This document shows, piece after piece, positions 1-8,629 of a stretch of 29,630 nt of DNA. The notes under the pieces were generated by a model. The model worked only from the letters and a program-made list of their open reading frames with translations. It did not search any database and was not told where the DNA came from. The first letter of the stretch is position 1. The number at the start of each line of letters is the position of its first letter. Source of the stretch: Acidobacteriota bacterium. Lineage in GTDB: Bacteria > Acidobacteriota > Blastocatellia > Pyrinomonadales > Pyrinomonadaceae. A program made the position numbers and the translations under genes. The stretch is from NCBI GenBank assembly GCA_039931085.1, contig JBDTSO010000001.1:1-29630 (forward strand). The letters run 5' to 3'.

Positions 1-2
1 TT

Positions 3-341
3 ACGCGCAATCCGCTTTATTTGGGAAGTTTTATTTTGGGCGTGGGGTTTACGATTGCGTCCGGCGTGTGGTGGCTCGGACTCGTCTTTATCGCCTTATT
101 TTTAGGCATCTATTTGCCGGTGATGCGCGTCGAAGCGAGAGAATTGACCGAGATTTTCGGCGCGGATTATAAAGAATATGCCGGAAAAGTTCCGCTTTTC
201 TTTCCGCGTTTTACGGCTTACGAAGCGTCTGAAACAAAGTTTGATATGGGTTTATATCTGCGTTACCGCGAATACCGCGCCGCTTTGGGTTTACTTTTCG
301 CGTGGTCGGTTTTGTTGGTCAAAGCGATATTTCTCAGATAA
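3..341 (+). CDS. Isoprenylcysteine carboxylmethyltransferase / PEMT-family membrane protein, 5'-truncated by the window edge
   Basis: The frame is open from base 3 and reads TRNPLYLGSF, the RNPxY motif of the ICMT/PEMT family. Hydrophobic helices follow, then the typical tail E..L...FG..Y..Y...VP.FFP. The TTG at 21 in the ORF track is internal. Confidence 0.8.
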   Translation, partial: TRNPLYLGSFILGVGFTIASGVWWLGLVFIALFLGIYLPVMRVEARELTEIFGADYKEYAGKVPLFFPRFTAYEASETKFDMGLYLRYREYRAALGLLFAWSVLLVKAIFLR

Positions 342-414
342 TTTTTCACAAAATAAGCTGAATTTGTGATAAATTTAGGCGCGGTATTAAGATTTACGAA
401 TAAAAGATTCACGA

Positions 415-1227
415 ATGAAAAAGTTACTTTACTCTCTTCTAATGATTTGCTGTCTTGCCTATGTTTCGGTTTTCGCGCAAAAATCCGCCAAAGCCGAATC
501 GTTCAGAGCCGGTGAAAGTTTGGTTTATGAAGGCAAGTTCAGCAAATTGCTGCTGCGCGGCATCGAAGTCGCTGACCTTAGTTTTACCGTCGAAAACATT
601 TCCAACAGCAAAAATTATCTCGTTAAAGCCGAAGCCAAATCAAAAGGCACAATTGCCAAACTGTTCGGTCTGAATTTTGAACAGAATATTCAATCAATCG
701 TCAGCGGTGAAAATTTTGCGATTTTAAATACCGCCAAACGCGACGAACAGGGCGACCGCGTGCGCGAAAGCGAAGCCGTTTTTGATTACGCCGCGAAAAA
801 AGTAACTTACGTCGAAACCGATCCGAATGATGTGGCGCGACCTCCGCGCCGCGTCGCTTCACCGATTCAAAAAGACACGCAGGATATAATTTCGGGAATC
901 TATTCAATCAGGCGACTGCCGCTCGCCGTCGGTAAAACTTTTGACATCAGCGTTAGCGATTCCGGTTTGGTTTATAAAATTCCCGTCCGCGTCGCCGCCC
1001 GCGAACAGCAAAAAAGTATTTTGGGAAAAACCTGGTGTTTCCGCGTCGAACCGCAAGTTTTCGGTAAAGACCGGCTGATTGAAAAAGACGGCGGTATGAT
1101 CGTGTGGATTACGGACGATGCCCGCCGTCTGCCCGTCCGCGCGCAAATTGACCTCGACATCGGAAAGGTCGAAGTAAAACTCAAACAAATTAATTACAAA
1201 CCGTCCGCAGTCGTCAAATTAAAATAA
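415..1227 (+). CDS. DUF3108-family exported protein
   Basis: It has an N-terminal signal peptide (MKKLLYSLLMICCLAYVSVFAQ). DUF3108-like motifs are GESLVY, DIISGIYSIR and the C-terminal WITDDARRLPVRAQIDLDIGKVEVKL. Confidence 0.7.
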   Translation: MKKLLYSLLMICCLAYVSVFAQKSAKAESFRAGESLVYEGKFSKLLLRGIEVADLSFTVENISNSKNYLVKAEAKSKGTIAKLFGLNFEQNIQSIVSGENFAILNTAKRDEQGDRVRESEAVFDYAAKKVTYVETDPNDVARPPRRVASPIQKDTQDIISGIYSIRRLPLAVGKTFDISVSDSGLVYKIPVRVAAREQQKSILGKTWCFRVEPQVFGKDRLIEKDGGMIVWITDDARRLPVRAQIDLDIGKVEVKLKQINYKPSAVVKLK

Positions 1228-1307
1228 TCGCAAAAATGTCTTTGCCCTTGTTTTTTTCTCAAAAGTCCGCATAATCTTTCATAATCTTTAACTTTTTATA
1301 GAATTTT

Positions 1308-2396
1308 ATGAACGACCACGACAGTGAAAAAGAACTAAACGAATCCGAAAATTTAGAAGACGGCGCGGATGTCAGAGAATTTGCGTTTGATGGCGATAAA
1401 CTAAACTCGATTTCATCGGCGGAAACAGCGAAACAGCTTTTCGTTGATGAAGACGATATTCTTCCGTTGAACGCGCTGCCGCCAAAAATCCAAAATGAAC
1501 CCGAATTGACCGGAAAATTAAACGAATCGGACGAGGTTGAAGACCCGATTTTTGCAGAATTATCAGAGCCGAAACTGCCTGAAATCCCGAAAGAAAATCG
1601 CGCCCGTCTGCAAATGCAGTCTCCGACTCGGCTGAATTTTTATTGGTCAATCAAAACAAATCCGTTCAAAACTTTGAACCGCGCATTTGGCGGGAAAACC
1701 GGCAGTTACACATTGGTCGTCAAACTCGTCAATCAAAAAAACGGACGCGAAGAATTTTTTCCCGTCGAAGCTGAAGGCTCGTGGTGGTTCAATGTTGACG
1801 CGGATACCAAATATCAAGCCGAAATAGGTTTTTACGCCACAAATCGTCCGTTTGTCCGAGTAATGTTTTCCAACACAGTCGAAACGCCGCGCAAAAATCC
1901 TTCGCCGCGCTACGATTATTCGGCTGATTTTGCCGTTTCCGCCAACCAATTTGCCCAAGTTTTAGACGTTTCCGGTTTTCCGCAAGACGCTTTTGAAGTG
2001 GCGTTGGCGGGCGATGATTTTGAGCGTTCGGAAAACGCGACAAACAAGGCTTTTTCGCAATTCGTCGGACAGGAAAAAGACGATTTTTCAAGCGATGAAA
2101 TTCGTTTTGCGCTCCTCGCGCTGGCTTCCGGTTACGCGCTGGAAAATCTGCGCGAACAAATCAGCACGAGTCTTTTTGCGGCTTTGAAAGAAAACATTGA
2201 AAAACTAACTGCGGAAAATGCGCTGGCTTCTTTACAGGAAAATTTCGATATATTTTCGGACGAAATCGAAGAAGAATTTTTATTGCCGACGGTTTTCGGC
2301 GCGAGTTTGATAAACTTTCCGCGAACTTTGAAGAGAAAGAGGTTTTTGCCGAAATTCGTGCCGGTCAGTTCTTTTCGCTTTGTGTCTAGCAGATAA
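1308..2396 (+). CDS. DUF4912 domain protein
   Basis: An acidic, disordered N-terminus precedes the core ENRARLQMQSPTRLNFYWSI ... SWWFNV...YQAEIG...SNTVETPRKNPSP. It sits directly upstream of a GH57/DUF1957 gene, the usual context for DUF4912. Confidence 0.75.
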   Translation: MNDHDSEKELNESENLEDGADVREFAFDGDKLNSISSAETAKQLFVDEDDILPLNALPPKIQNEPELTGKLNESDEVEDPIFAELSEPKLPEIPKENRARLQMQSPTRLNFYWSIKTNPFKTLNRAFGGKTGSYTLVVKLVNQKNGREEFFPVEAEGSWWFNVDADTKYQAEIGFYATNRPFVRVMFSNTVETPRKNPSPRYDYSADFAVSANQFAQVLDVSGFPQDAFEVALAGDDFERSENATNKAFSQFVGQEKDDFSSDEIRFALLALASGYALENLREQISTSLFAALKENIEKLTAENALASLQENFDIFSDEIEEEFLLPTVFGASLINFPRTLKRKRFLPKFVPVSSFRFVSSR

Positions 2397-2400
2397 AATT

Positions 2401-2458
2401 GCGGAAGTCTGCACGAAGTAAGGACGAGAAATAACTTTAACTTCGTGCGTGTTCCCGC
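2401..2458. repeat. Intergenic imperfect inverted repeat (stem-loop)
   Basis: GCACGAAGT (2411-2419) and ACTTCGTGC (2440-2448) form a perfect 9-bp inverted repeat. Outer arms GCGGAA and TTCCCGC can extend it. Confidence 0.55.
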
Positions 2459-2489
2459 GTAAACAGGTTTGTATATCTAAAATCGAATT

Positions 2490-4085
2490 ATGCCAATCGG
2501 TTATTTCAGTTTAATTTTACACGCGCATCTGCCGTTTGTGCGTCATCCCGAATATCCTGAATTTCTGGAAGAAGATTGGCTTTACGAAGCCATTACGGAA
2601 GTTTATCTGCCGCTGATCTTTATTTTTCAAAATCTGCATGAAGCCGGAATGAAGCCGCGTCTGGCGATGAATATCTCGCCGCCGTTGTGCGAAATGCTGG
2701 CGGATAAACTGCTTGAAACGCGCTACACGCGGCATCTCGAAAATCTGCTCGAACTCGCCCGCAAAGAAGTTGACAGAACGCGGAAAGACGCGCCCGAATT
2801 TTATGATGTCGCGCAAATGTATGTCAGAAATTTGAGCGCGTCGCTCGATTTGTGGAACAATAAATACCAGCGAAATTTGATAAACGCCTTTCGTCATTTG
2901 CAGGAAGAAGGCGTTTTGGAAATCATCACCTGCGGCGCGACGCACGGATTTCTACCTTTAATTTCAACGCCGGAATCACGACGCGCTCAAGTACAAATTG
3001 CGGTAAATAATTACAAAAAACATTTCGGCAGACAGCCGCGCGGCATCTGGCTGCCCGAATGCGCTTACGAACACGGCATCGAAAATCTTTTGAAAGATGC
3101 CGGAATCGAATATTTTATCGGCGATTCGCACGCGCTTCTTTACGGCGAACCGCGCCCGCGTTTCGGCGTTCATGCGCCGGTGAAATGTCCGAACGGCGTG
3201 GCGGTTTTCGCCCGCGACGTGGAAACTTCGCAGCAGGTTTGGAGCGCGGAAGTCGGTTATCCGGGCAACGCTTTATACCGCGAATTTTACCGTGACATCG
3301 GTTGGGATTTGCCGCTCGATTATCTAAAACCGTATCTGCACAAAGACGCGGCGCGGCGGCATCTCGGTTTGAAATATCATCGTATTTCCGGGCGCGACGT
3401 TTCGGGCGATAGAAAAGAGCCGTATATTCCAAAACTGGCGCGGGCGAAAACCGCCGAAGATGCCGCCGATTTTGTCGGCAAACGCATCAAACAAGCGTAT
3501 AAACTGCGAGAAACTTTCGCCGGACATCCGCCGCTCGTTGTCGCGCCTTACGATGCCGAACTTTACGGGCATTGGTGGTTTGAAGGTCCGCAGTTTTTAA
3601 ATTTTACATTCCGCGAACTTCACTACAAAAACGATCAAGTCCGCGCCATCACACCCGGTGATTTTCTCGACTCCGGTTTGCCGATTCAAACGCAGCAGCC
3701 GTCCGCGTCTTCGTGGGGCGAAAACGGTTATTACAAAGTCTGGCTCAACGAAAATAATTCGTGGATGTACCCGTATCAGCACGACGCGGAACGAAAAATG
3801 ACCGAATTTGCCAATAAATATCACACGCCCGACGAACTTGAACGCCGCGTTTTAAATCAACTGGCGCGTGAACTGCTGCTCGCGCAATCGAGCGATTGGG
3901 CGTTTCAAATTTATCAGGGAACAACCGTGCAGTATTCAACAAATCGCTTCAAATCGCATATCCAACGCTTCAATTTACTGGCGCAAATGCTCGAAAAAAA
4001 CGAATTTAACGAAGCGATGCTTACTGAAATCGAAAACCGCGACAACATTTTTCAGGAACTTGATTATCGAATTTATCGAAGTTAG
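2490..4085 (+). CDS. GH57 1,4-alpha-glucan branching enzyme with C-terminal DUF1957
   Basis: It contains LHAHLPFVRHP, CGATHGFLPL, GIWLPECAY (nucleophile Glu), YDAELYGHWWFEG (acid/base Asp) and ARELLLAQSSDWAF. Length is 531 aa. Confidence 0.92.
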   Translation: MPIGYFSLILHAHLPFVRHPEYPEFLEEDWLYEAITEVYLPLIFIFQNLHEAGMKPRLAMNISPPLCEMLADKLLETRYTRHLENLLELARKEVDRTRKDAPEFYDVAQMYVRNLSASLDLWNNKYQRNLINAFRHLQEEGVLEIITCGATHGFLPLISTPESRRAQVQIAVNNYKKHFGRQPRGIWLPECAYEHGIENLLKDAGIEYFIGDSHALLYGEPRPRFGVHAPVKCPNGVAVFARDVETSQQVWSAEVGYPGNALYREFYRDIGWDLPLDYLKPYLHKDAARRHLGLKYHRISGRDVSGDRKEPYIPKLARAKTAEDAADFVGKRIKQAYKLRETFAGHPPLVVAPYDAELYGHWWFEGPQFLNFTFRELHYKNDQVRAITPGDFLDSGLPIQTQQPSASSWGENGYYKVWLNENNSWMYPYQHDAERKMTEFANKYHTPDELERRVLNQLARELLLAQSSDWAFQIYQGTTVQYSTNRFKSHIQRFNLLAQMLEKNEFNEAMLTEIENRDNIFQELDYRIYRS

Positions 4086-4106
4086 AAACCAAAAATTAAA
4101 AAATAA

Positions 4107-4721
4107 ATGGTCAATTTAATTCCTTCGCCGGAATCGGTAATGCAGATTTTGTATAAAACAAACGCTTACCGTTACGGGCATTTTGTCAGTCAAAGCGGAC
4201 GGCATTCATCGCATTACTTCAAAGTTCCGATGGCGTTTCACATTTCTGACAACGCGCGGATTTTAGCCGTTGGGTTGAGCCGGAAATTTCGGATGGATAG
4301 AAACACGGCGGGTCTTTTGCCGCACATCGCCGTTGTCAGTCCGAGCGCGGACGGAATTCCGGTCGCTTTCAGCATCCGCGACGCGCTCAACGGCGAGCAA
4401 ATTTACTGGGCGACGCGCGAAAACGGGCGACGACAGTTTCCCGATTACATAAAAAATTTCAAAATAAAACCGTGTATCATCGTTGACGATATCGTGCGTT
4501 CCGGTTCGACGCTGCTTGAAACTCATCGATTGCTGAAGGATTTAGGCGCGACGGTCATCGGTTTCGGCACAATCGTCAAATTTAAAACCGCGCCGAAGGA
4601 AATAGAAAGCATCGAAATCAAATCGCTGGTCGAATTCGATTCTCCGATTTTCGACACGCTTGCCGAATGGCAAACGGCGGATGGAAACGACGCGCCCGAA
4701 GAAAAAATTATTGAATTTTAA
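4107..4721 (+). CDS. Type I phosphoribosyltransferase, divergent orotate PRTase (PyrE)-like
   Basis: The N-terminal GHFVSQSGRHSSHY resembles the PyrE GHF.L.SG.HS..Y motif. The PRPP-binding loop is IIVDDIVRSGST. Confidence 0.7.
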   Translation: MVNLIPSPESVMQILYKTNAYRYGHFVSQSGRHSSHYFKVPMAFHISDNARILAVGLSRKFRMDRNTAGLLPHIAVVSPSADGIPVAFSIRDALNGEQIYWATRENGRRQFPDYIKNFKIKPCIIVDDIVRSGSTLLETHRLLKDLGATVIGFGTIVKFKTAPKEIESIEIKSLVEFDSPIFDTLAEWQTADGNDAPEEKIIEF

Positions 4722-4792
4722 TTAATTATTTTAGCTTTTTCGCTCGATTGTTGACCACAAGTTGCAAAATTTGAAAACATTAACACACTGAT

Positions 4793-4821
4793 TTGCGAGA
4801 AAAATAACTTTCCACTAAACT
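4793..4821 (+). promoter_or_regulatory. Putative sigma70-type promoter of the tRNA gene
   Basis: TTGCGA (4793-4798), a 17-bp spacer and TAAACT (4816-4821) end 11 nt before the tRNA. Confidence 0.5.
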
Positions 4822-4832
4822 ATAAATCTTAC

Positions 4833-4904
4833 GCCCTTGTAGCTCAACGGTAGAGCGCGCGGCTCATAATCGCTCGGTTGCAGGTTCGAATCCTGCCGAG
4901 GGCA
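4833..4904 (+). tRNA. tRNA with anticodon CAU, most likely tRNA-Ile2 (lysidine-modified); elongator Met not excluded
   Basis: The cloverleaf folds as: acceptor GCCCTTG/CGAGGGC, D arm GCTC-AACGGTA-GAGC, anticodon loop CTCATAA (CAT at 4865-4867), T arm GCAGG-TTCGAAT-CCTGC, discriminator A, no encoded CCA. It is not an initiator because G1-C72 is paired. The CGG-CTCATAA-TCG arm resembles known Ile2 tRNAs. Confidence 0.9.
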
Positions 4905-4918
4905 TTCATCAATTTATT

Positions 4919-4965
4919 AAAAGCCTTGTTTTTATTACACATTTGAATAAAAATAAGGCTTTTTT
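4919..4965. terminator. Bidirectional intrinsic terminator between the tRNA and the cyclophilin gene
   Basis: AAAAGCCTTGTTTTTATT (4919-4936) and AATAAAAATAAGGCTTTT (4946-4963) form an 18-bp stem with one G-U pair and a 9-nt loop. A/T tracts lie on both sides, between convergent genes. Confidence 0.75.
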
Positions 4966-4984
4966 CCGGGATTTTGAAATTATT

Positions 4985-5671
4985 TTAAGGTTTTTCCTGA
5001 GTTTGACACGGCTCGACGGTCGCTTTCGTGATGCGGACGGGATTTTTCGGCTTATCACCTTCAACCGGCATTTTGTTAATTGCATCAACTGTTTCCATTC
5101 CTTTTGTAACGCGCCCGAAAGCGGCGAAAGTTCCGTCGAGATGCGGCGCACTGCCGACGAGAATAAAAAAGTTGGTCGTCGCGCTGTGCGGCTCGTCGGC
5201 GCGTGCCATTGAAAGAATGCCGCGTTCGTGTTTGATCTGGCTCGGTTCGTCGGGAAGTGTTTTTCGGGCGCGATTGCCGAGTTCTGCCGTCATCTTTTCC
5301 CGGCGCGTGTAAAGGTCGCCGCCTTGCACGATGAAATCGGGAACGACGCGGCTGAAAGTCGTCGTGTCAAACGCGCCGGTTGCCGTCAGATTGAGAAAAC
5401 TTCGCACTGATTCGGGCGCACTTTCGGGAAACATTTCCATCTCGATAGTGCCGGCTTCGGTTTCAAATTTGACGCATTGCTTTGCCATTGTTTCAACCGT
5501 CGCTTTGTCAAACGGCTCGGCTTTTGACGGTTCGACAACCGGACGCTGATTGGCTTTTTTGACGATTTTTTTAACTTCCGTTTCGGCTGGCTTTTCCTGT
5601 GCGGCAATGTCAAAAGAAAACATCGCCGGACAAAAAACTAAAATCAAGGCAAACTTAAATAGTGATTTCAT
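4985..5671 (-). CDS. Exported cyclophilin-type peptidyl-prolyl cis-trans isomerase
   Basis: A signal peptide is followed by FSRVVPDFIVQGGD, RGILSMAR, ATTNFFI and HLDGTFAAFGRV. Confidence 0.92.
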   Translation of the reverse strand: MKSLFKFALILVFCPAMFSFDIAAQEKPAETEVKKIVKKANQRPVVEPSKAEPFDKATVETMAKQCVKFETEAGTIEMEMFPESAPESVRSFLNLTATGAFDTTTFSRVVPDFIVQGGDLYTRREKMTAELGNRARKTLPDEPSQIKHERGILSMARADEPHSATTNFFILVGSAPHLDGTFAAFGRVTKGMETVDAINKMPVEGDKPKNPVRITKATVEPCQTQEKP

Positions 5672-5730
5672 TTCTATAAGATAGCAAAATTCAGAGATTT
5701 TAAAAAATAATTTCCTAATTTCAAACTCGC

Positions 5731-6129
5731 TTATTCCAATATCATCAGCACCGCTTCGCCTTTGACGAGTTTTTCACCTTTTTGATTTTCGCAAACGGTT
5801 TGAATCGTTACGATTGGTTTATCTTCGCGGATGTTGCTGACGGTCGCATAAACCGTGACGGTATCGCCGATAAAGACGGGCGCGACAAACCTTAATGTTT
5901 GGCTCAGATAAACTACTTTGCGGACGCTGAATCCGTAGCCTAAAACGCCGGAAATAAACGCGCCGCTCAACATTCCGTGGGCGATGCGTTTGCCGAATTG
6001 CGTTTCTCTTGCAAATTCTTCGTCTAAATGAATCGGGTTGTAATCACCGGAAATATCGGCAAATTGTTTGATAAGTTCGTCCGTTACTTCGCGGCTTTTT
6101 GAAAATGTGTCGCCAACTTTTAAGTTCAT
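5731..6129 (-). CDS. MaoC-family (R)-specific enoyl-CoA hydratase / dehydratase
   Basis: It carries the hydratase-2 motif FADISGDYNPIHLD...FGKRIAHGML. Length is 132 aa, as expected for a hotdog fold. Confidence 0.92.
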   Translation of the reverse strand: MNLKVGDTFSKSREVTDELIKQFADISGDYNPIHLDEEFARETQFGKRIAHGMLSGAFISGVLGYGFSVRKVVYLSQTLRFVAPVFIGDTVTVYATVSNIREDKPIVTIQTVCENQKGEKLVKGEAVLMILE

Positions 6130-6468
6130 AATTTTTGTTTGTTATTTTTTTAGCTATTGTGTCGAAATGCGTCTAAAACCGCAAAACTTAAATTACTTTT
6201 AGTAAATTTTTACACATAATTTGAAATAAAAAGGCAAATTTTACAATCGGGTTTCGTCAAGTTCACGCACAATCTAATTTTAAATTATGAGAAAGGGGAA
6301 AGTGGTAAAAGATCAAACAAAACAGTCGGTCAACAAGGGCAAACCTCTTGAAATAAAAGTAATCACTCCGGCAAAAATCGAATAAAAATATGCAAACCGT
6401 TTTTTGATTATATCCGGTCTTCTGTTTACTATTTATTATTTTCGATTTATATTTATCCCTAAAAAATT

Positions 6469-7821
6469 ATGAGCAAATATCGCAAAATCGTCTGGAACGA
6501 AGGGATGCTTTTGACTCCGCATCATTTTCAGCAATGGGATAATTATTACGAAGAACTTTTGAGTTCGCGTCTGCGGGCGGTAATGCCTTATGAATACGGT
6601 GTTTTGGATTTGCAGGTAAATAATGAAGCCGTTGCCAACGGAAATTTTCAGATTACAAACTGTTACGCCGTGCTGCCCGACGGATTGCTGATTAATGTTC
6701 CCGATACGGAAGCCGTTCCCGATCTGCGTCCCGTCGGCAATCATTTTCATCCCGAACAGGAAAAACTCGGCGTTCATCTGGCGATTCCGGCGAAAAAAAT
6801 CGGTGAGGCAAATTATCAGGCGAACGGCGCGAAAGCCAACATAAATATACGGTTTTTACAGGAAGGCGCGCTCGTCAGAGATGAAACTACCGGAACTAAC
6901 GAACAGCCGCTGGCACTTGCGAAAAGCAATCTGCGGATAATTTTTGACGACGAGCTGCGCGACGGTTTTACATCAATAAAAATCGCTGAACTTGAAAGAA
7001 CGCCAACCGGACAATTGAAGATTTCCGAAGAATATATTCCGCCGCTTTTAAAAGTTTCCGCGTCCGTCTGGCTGGTAAATATGCTTCGCCAACTGGTCGA
7101 AATTTTGATTACGAAAAGCGGCAGTTTAGGCGAACAGCGGCGGCAGAGAAACGCTTCATTGGCGGATTTTACGACTTCGGAAGTGGCGATTTTTTGGCTG
7201 CTGCACACAATCAATAATTCGATACCGACGCTGGCGCATTATTTTCGTTCGCCATTGCTTCACCCGGAACCGCTTTATCTGGAAATGGCGCGGCTGGTTG
7301 GTCAGTTGATGACGTTTGCGACGGAATTTCATCCGAAAGACATTGTAAAATATGAACACGACGATTTGTATTTTACGTTCAGCAATCTTTCGGCGATGTT
7401 GAAGGAATTGCTCGAAATCGTTATTCCGAGCCGGTGTGTTCCGATTCCACTTGAAAAAACGCGCGAAACGCTGTATGTCGGGCGCGTCGAAGATGAAAGA
7501 TTATTAAAAGAAGCCGGATTTTATTTGGCTGTTCGCGCACAAATGCCGGAATCGAAATTGATTGAAGGCGTGCCGCGCGTCGTCAAAATCGCCTCGCGCG
7601 ACGTGATTGATTCGGTCATCGGTTCGGCACTTCCGGGCGTGGTTTTGACACATTCCAATCCGCCGCCCGCGCCGATTCCGGCTCGCGTCGGTTTCCGGTA
7701 TTTTATGCTCGACACCATCGGACCGTATTGGAACGGCATCAAAGGTTCAAAAGTTATCGCCGTTTATGTGCCGGACGAAATTCCCGATGAGAAGTTGGAA
7801 ATGTATGCGGTGAAACCCTAA
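6469..7821 (+). CDS. tssK: T6SS baseplate subunit TssK
   Basis: The N-terminus reads WNEGMLLTPHHFQQWD, with YIPPLL and HPEPLY further in. It is 450 aa and is the first gene of the cluster. Confidence 0.93.
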   Translation: MSKYRKIVWNEGMLLTPHHFQQWDNYYEELLSSRLRAVMPYEYGVLDLQVNNEAVANGNFQITNCYAVLPDGLLINVPDTEAVPDLRPVGNHFHPEQEKLGVHLAIPAKKIGEANYQANGAKANINIRFLQEGALVRDETTGTNEQPLALAKSNLRIIFDDELRDGFTSIKIAELERTPTGQLKISEEYIPPLLKVSASVWLVNMLRQLVEILITKSGSLGEQRRQRNASLADFTTSEVAIFWLLHTINNSIPTLAHYFRSPLLHPEPLYLEMARLVGQLMTFATEFHPKDIVKYEHDDLYFTFSNLSAMLKELLEIVIPSRCVPIPLEKTRETLYVGRVEDERLLKEAGFYLAVRAQMPESKLIEGVPRVVKIASRDVIDSVIGSALPGVVLTHSNPPPAPIPARVGFRYFMLDTIGPYWNGIKGSKVIAVYVPDEIPDEKLEMYAVKP

Positions 7822-7879
7822 CAAGTCGAGAGTCAGGAGTCAAAAGTCGAGAGAAAAATCTTCTTGACTCCCGACTCTC
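7821..7879. repeat. Heptamer-repeat stem-loop between tssK and tssL
   Basis: Tandem 7-mers ACAAGTC-GAGAGTC-AGGAGTC-AAAAGTC span 7821-7848. GAGAGTCAGGAGTCAA (7828-7843) pairs with TTGACTCCCGACTCTC (7864-7879) at 15 of 16 positions. Confidence 0.75.
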
Positions 7880-7890
7880 AACCAAATATT

Positions 7891-8568
7891 ATGAGCGAAA
7901 GAAGTAATAAAAACGATTTGGTGGCATTTGCCGGACCTGTTTTCGATTTGATTTTGCGTCTGAAAGCCGGAATTGTCGCGCCTTCAAATGAACTGCGTCC
8001 GCAGATCGCGGCGATGTTGATGGATTTTGAAAAACGTGCTGAACGCTATCGTTTTAATCATAAAATTATTCAGGTTGCGAAATTCGCGCTCGCTTCGTTT
8101 GTTGACGAAACGGTTTTAACCAATAATTTTCCGTTGCGCGATGAATGGGAAAAATATCCTTTGCAGCTCGAATATTTCGGCGAACAACTTGCGGGCAATA
8201 AGTTTTTTGAAAAACTCAGCGCGATGATTAAACAAATCGAGCAGACGGCGGACGCGGTGGAAATTTATTACGTTTGTATGCTGCTCGGTTTTAAAGGCAG
8301 ATACGGCGTTTACGAACAGGAAAAACTGCTGGCGATTATGCAAAGCACGGCAAATGCGCTGGTTAAAGTCGGAAAAATAAAGCCCGTCGAACTTTCACCG
8401 AATTGGCTGGCGAACGATCAGCCGAAACCGCCTGAAGAGCGCGGAATGCCGGTTTGGGCAAAAATCAGCGCGTTTAGCGGTCTAGGTTTAGCCCTGATTA
8501 TTTATTTAACAATGTTTTTGATGACTGCGAACTTCTTGAAGGGTGCTATTGATAAATTACAACTTTAG
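7891..8568 (+). CDS. tssL: T6SS membrane subunit TssL (DotU family), no OmpA domain
   Basis: Motifs are FALASFVDETVL, WEKYPLQLEYFGEQLAGNKFF and YYVCMLLGFKGRY, with one C-terminal TM helix. I place the start at ATG 7891 because the TTG at 7864 lies inside the intergenic hairpin. Confidence 0.9.
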   Translation: MSERSNKNDLVAFAGPVFDLILRLKAGIVAPSNELRPQIAAMLMDFEKRAERYRFNHKIIQVAKFALASFVDETVLTNNFPLRDEWEKYPLQLEYFGEQLAGNKFFEKLSAMIKQIEQTADAVEIYYVCMLLGFKGRYGVYEQEKLLAIMQSTANALVKVGKIKPVELSPNWLANDQPKPPEERGMPVWAKISAFSGLGLALIIYLTMFLMTANFLKGAIDKLQL

Positions 8569-8615
8569 CGGTTTTGATCGGCAATTTACAGATAATGTGT
8601 AAATTGCCAGCCGCT
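8567..8615. repeat. Stem-loop between tssL and tssM
   Basis: A perfect 11-bp stem, GGCAATTTACA (8580-8590) with TGTAAATTGCC (8598-8608), closes the loop GATAATG. Outer arms are AGCGG and CCGCT. Confidence 0.7.
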
Positions 8616-8629
8616 CCATCATTGAAATT

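Noticed and set aside
4833-4904. tRNA as the integration site of a T6SS genomic island
   Set aside because: I found no integrase and no duplicate of the tRNA 3' end at the far side of the cluster. Two housekeeping genes separate the tRNA from tssK.
4943-5549. + strand ORFs overlapping the cyclophilin gene
   Set aside because: They are antisense to a gene with clear cyclophilin motifs and have no RBS or family features.
6336-6354. Sigma54 promoter-like GGCA-N6-TTGA upstream of tssK
   Set aside because: The -12 element reads GA instead of the near-invariant GC, and no enhancer-binding protein gene is in the cluster.
6436-6777. 113-aa - strand ORF as a possible divergent tssJ or regulator
   Set aside because: It overlaps tssK almost entirely and has no lipoprotein signal or recognisable domain.
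7864-7890. TTG start for tssL given by the ORF track
   Set aside because: It lies in the right arm of the intergenic hairpin. ATG 7891 gives a normal TssL N-terminus.
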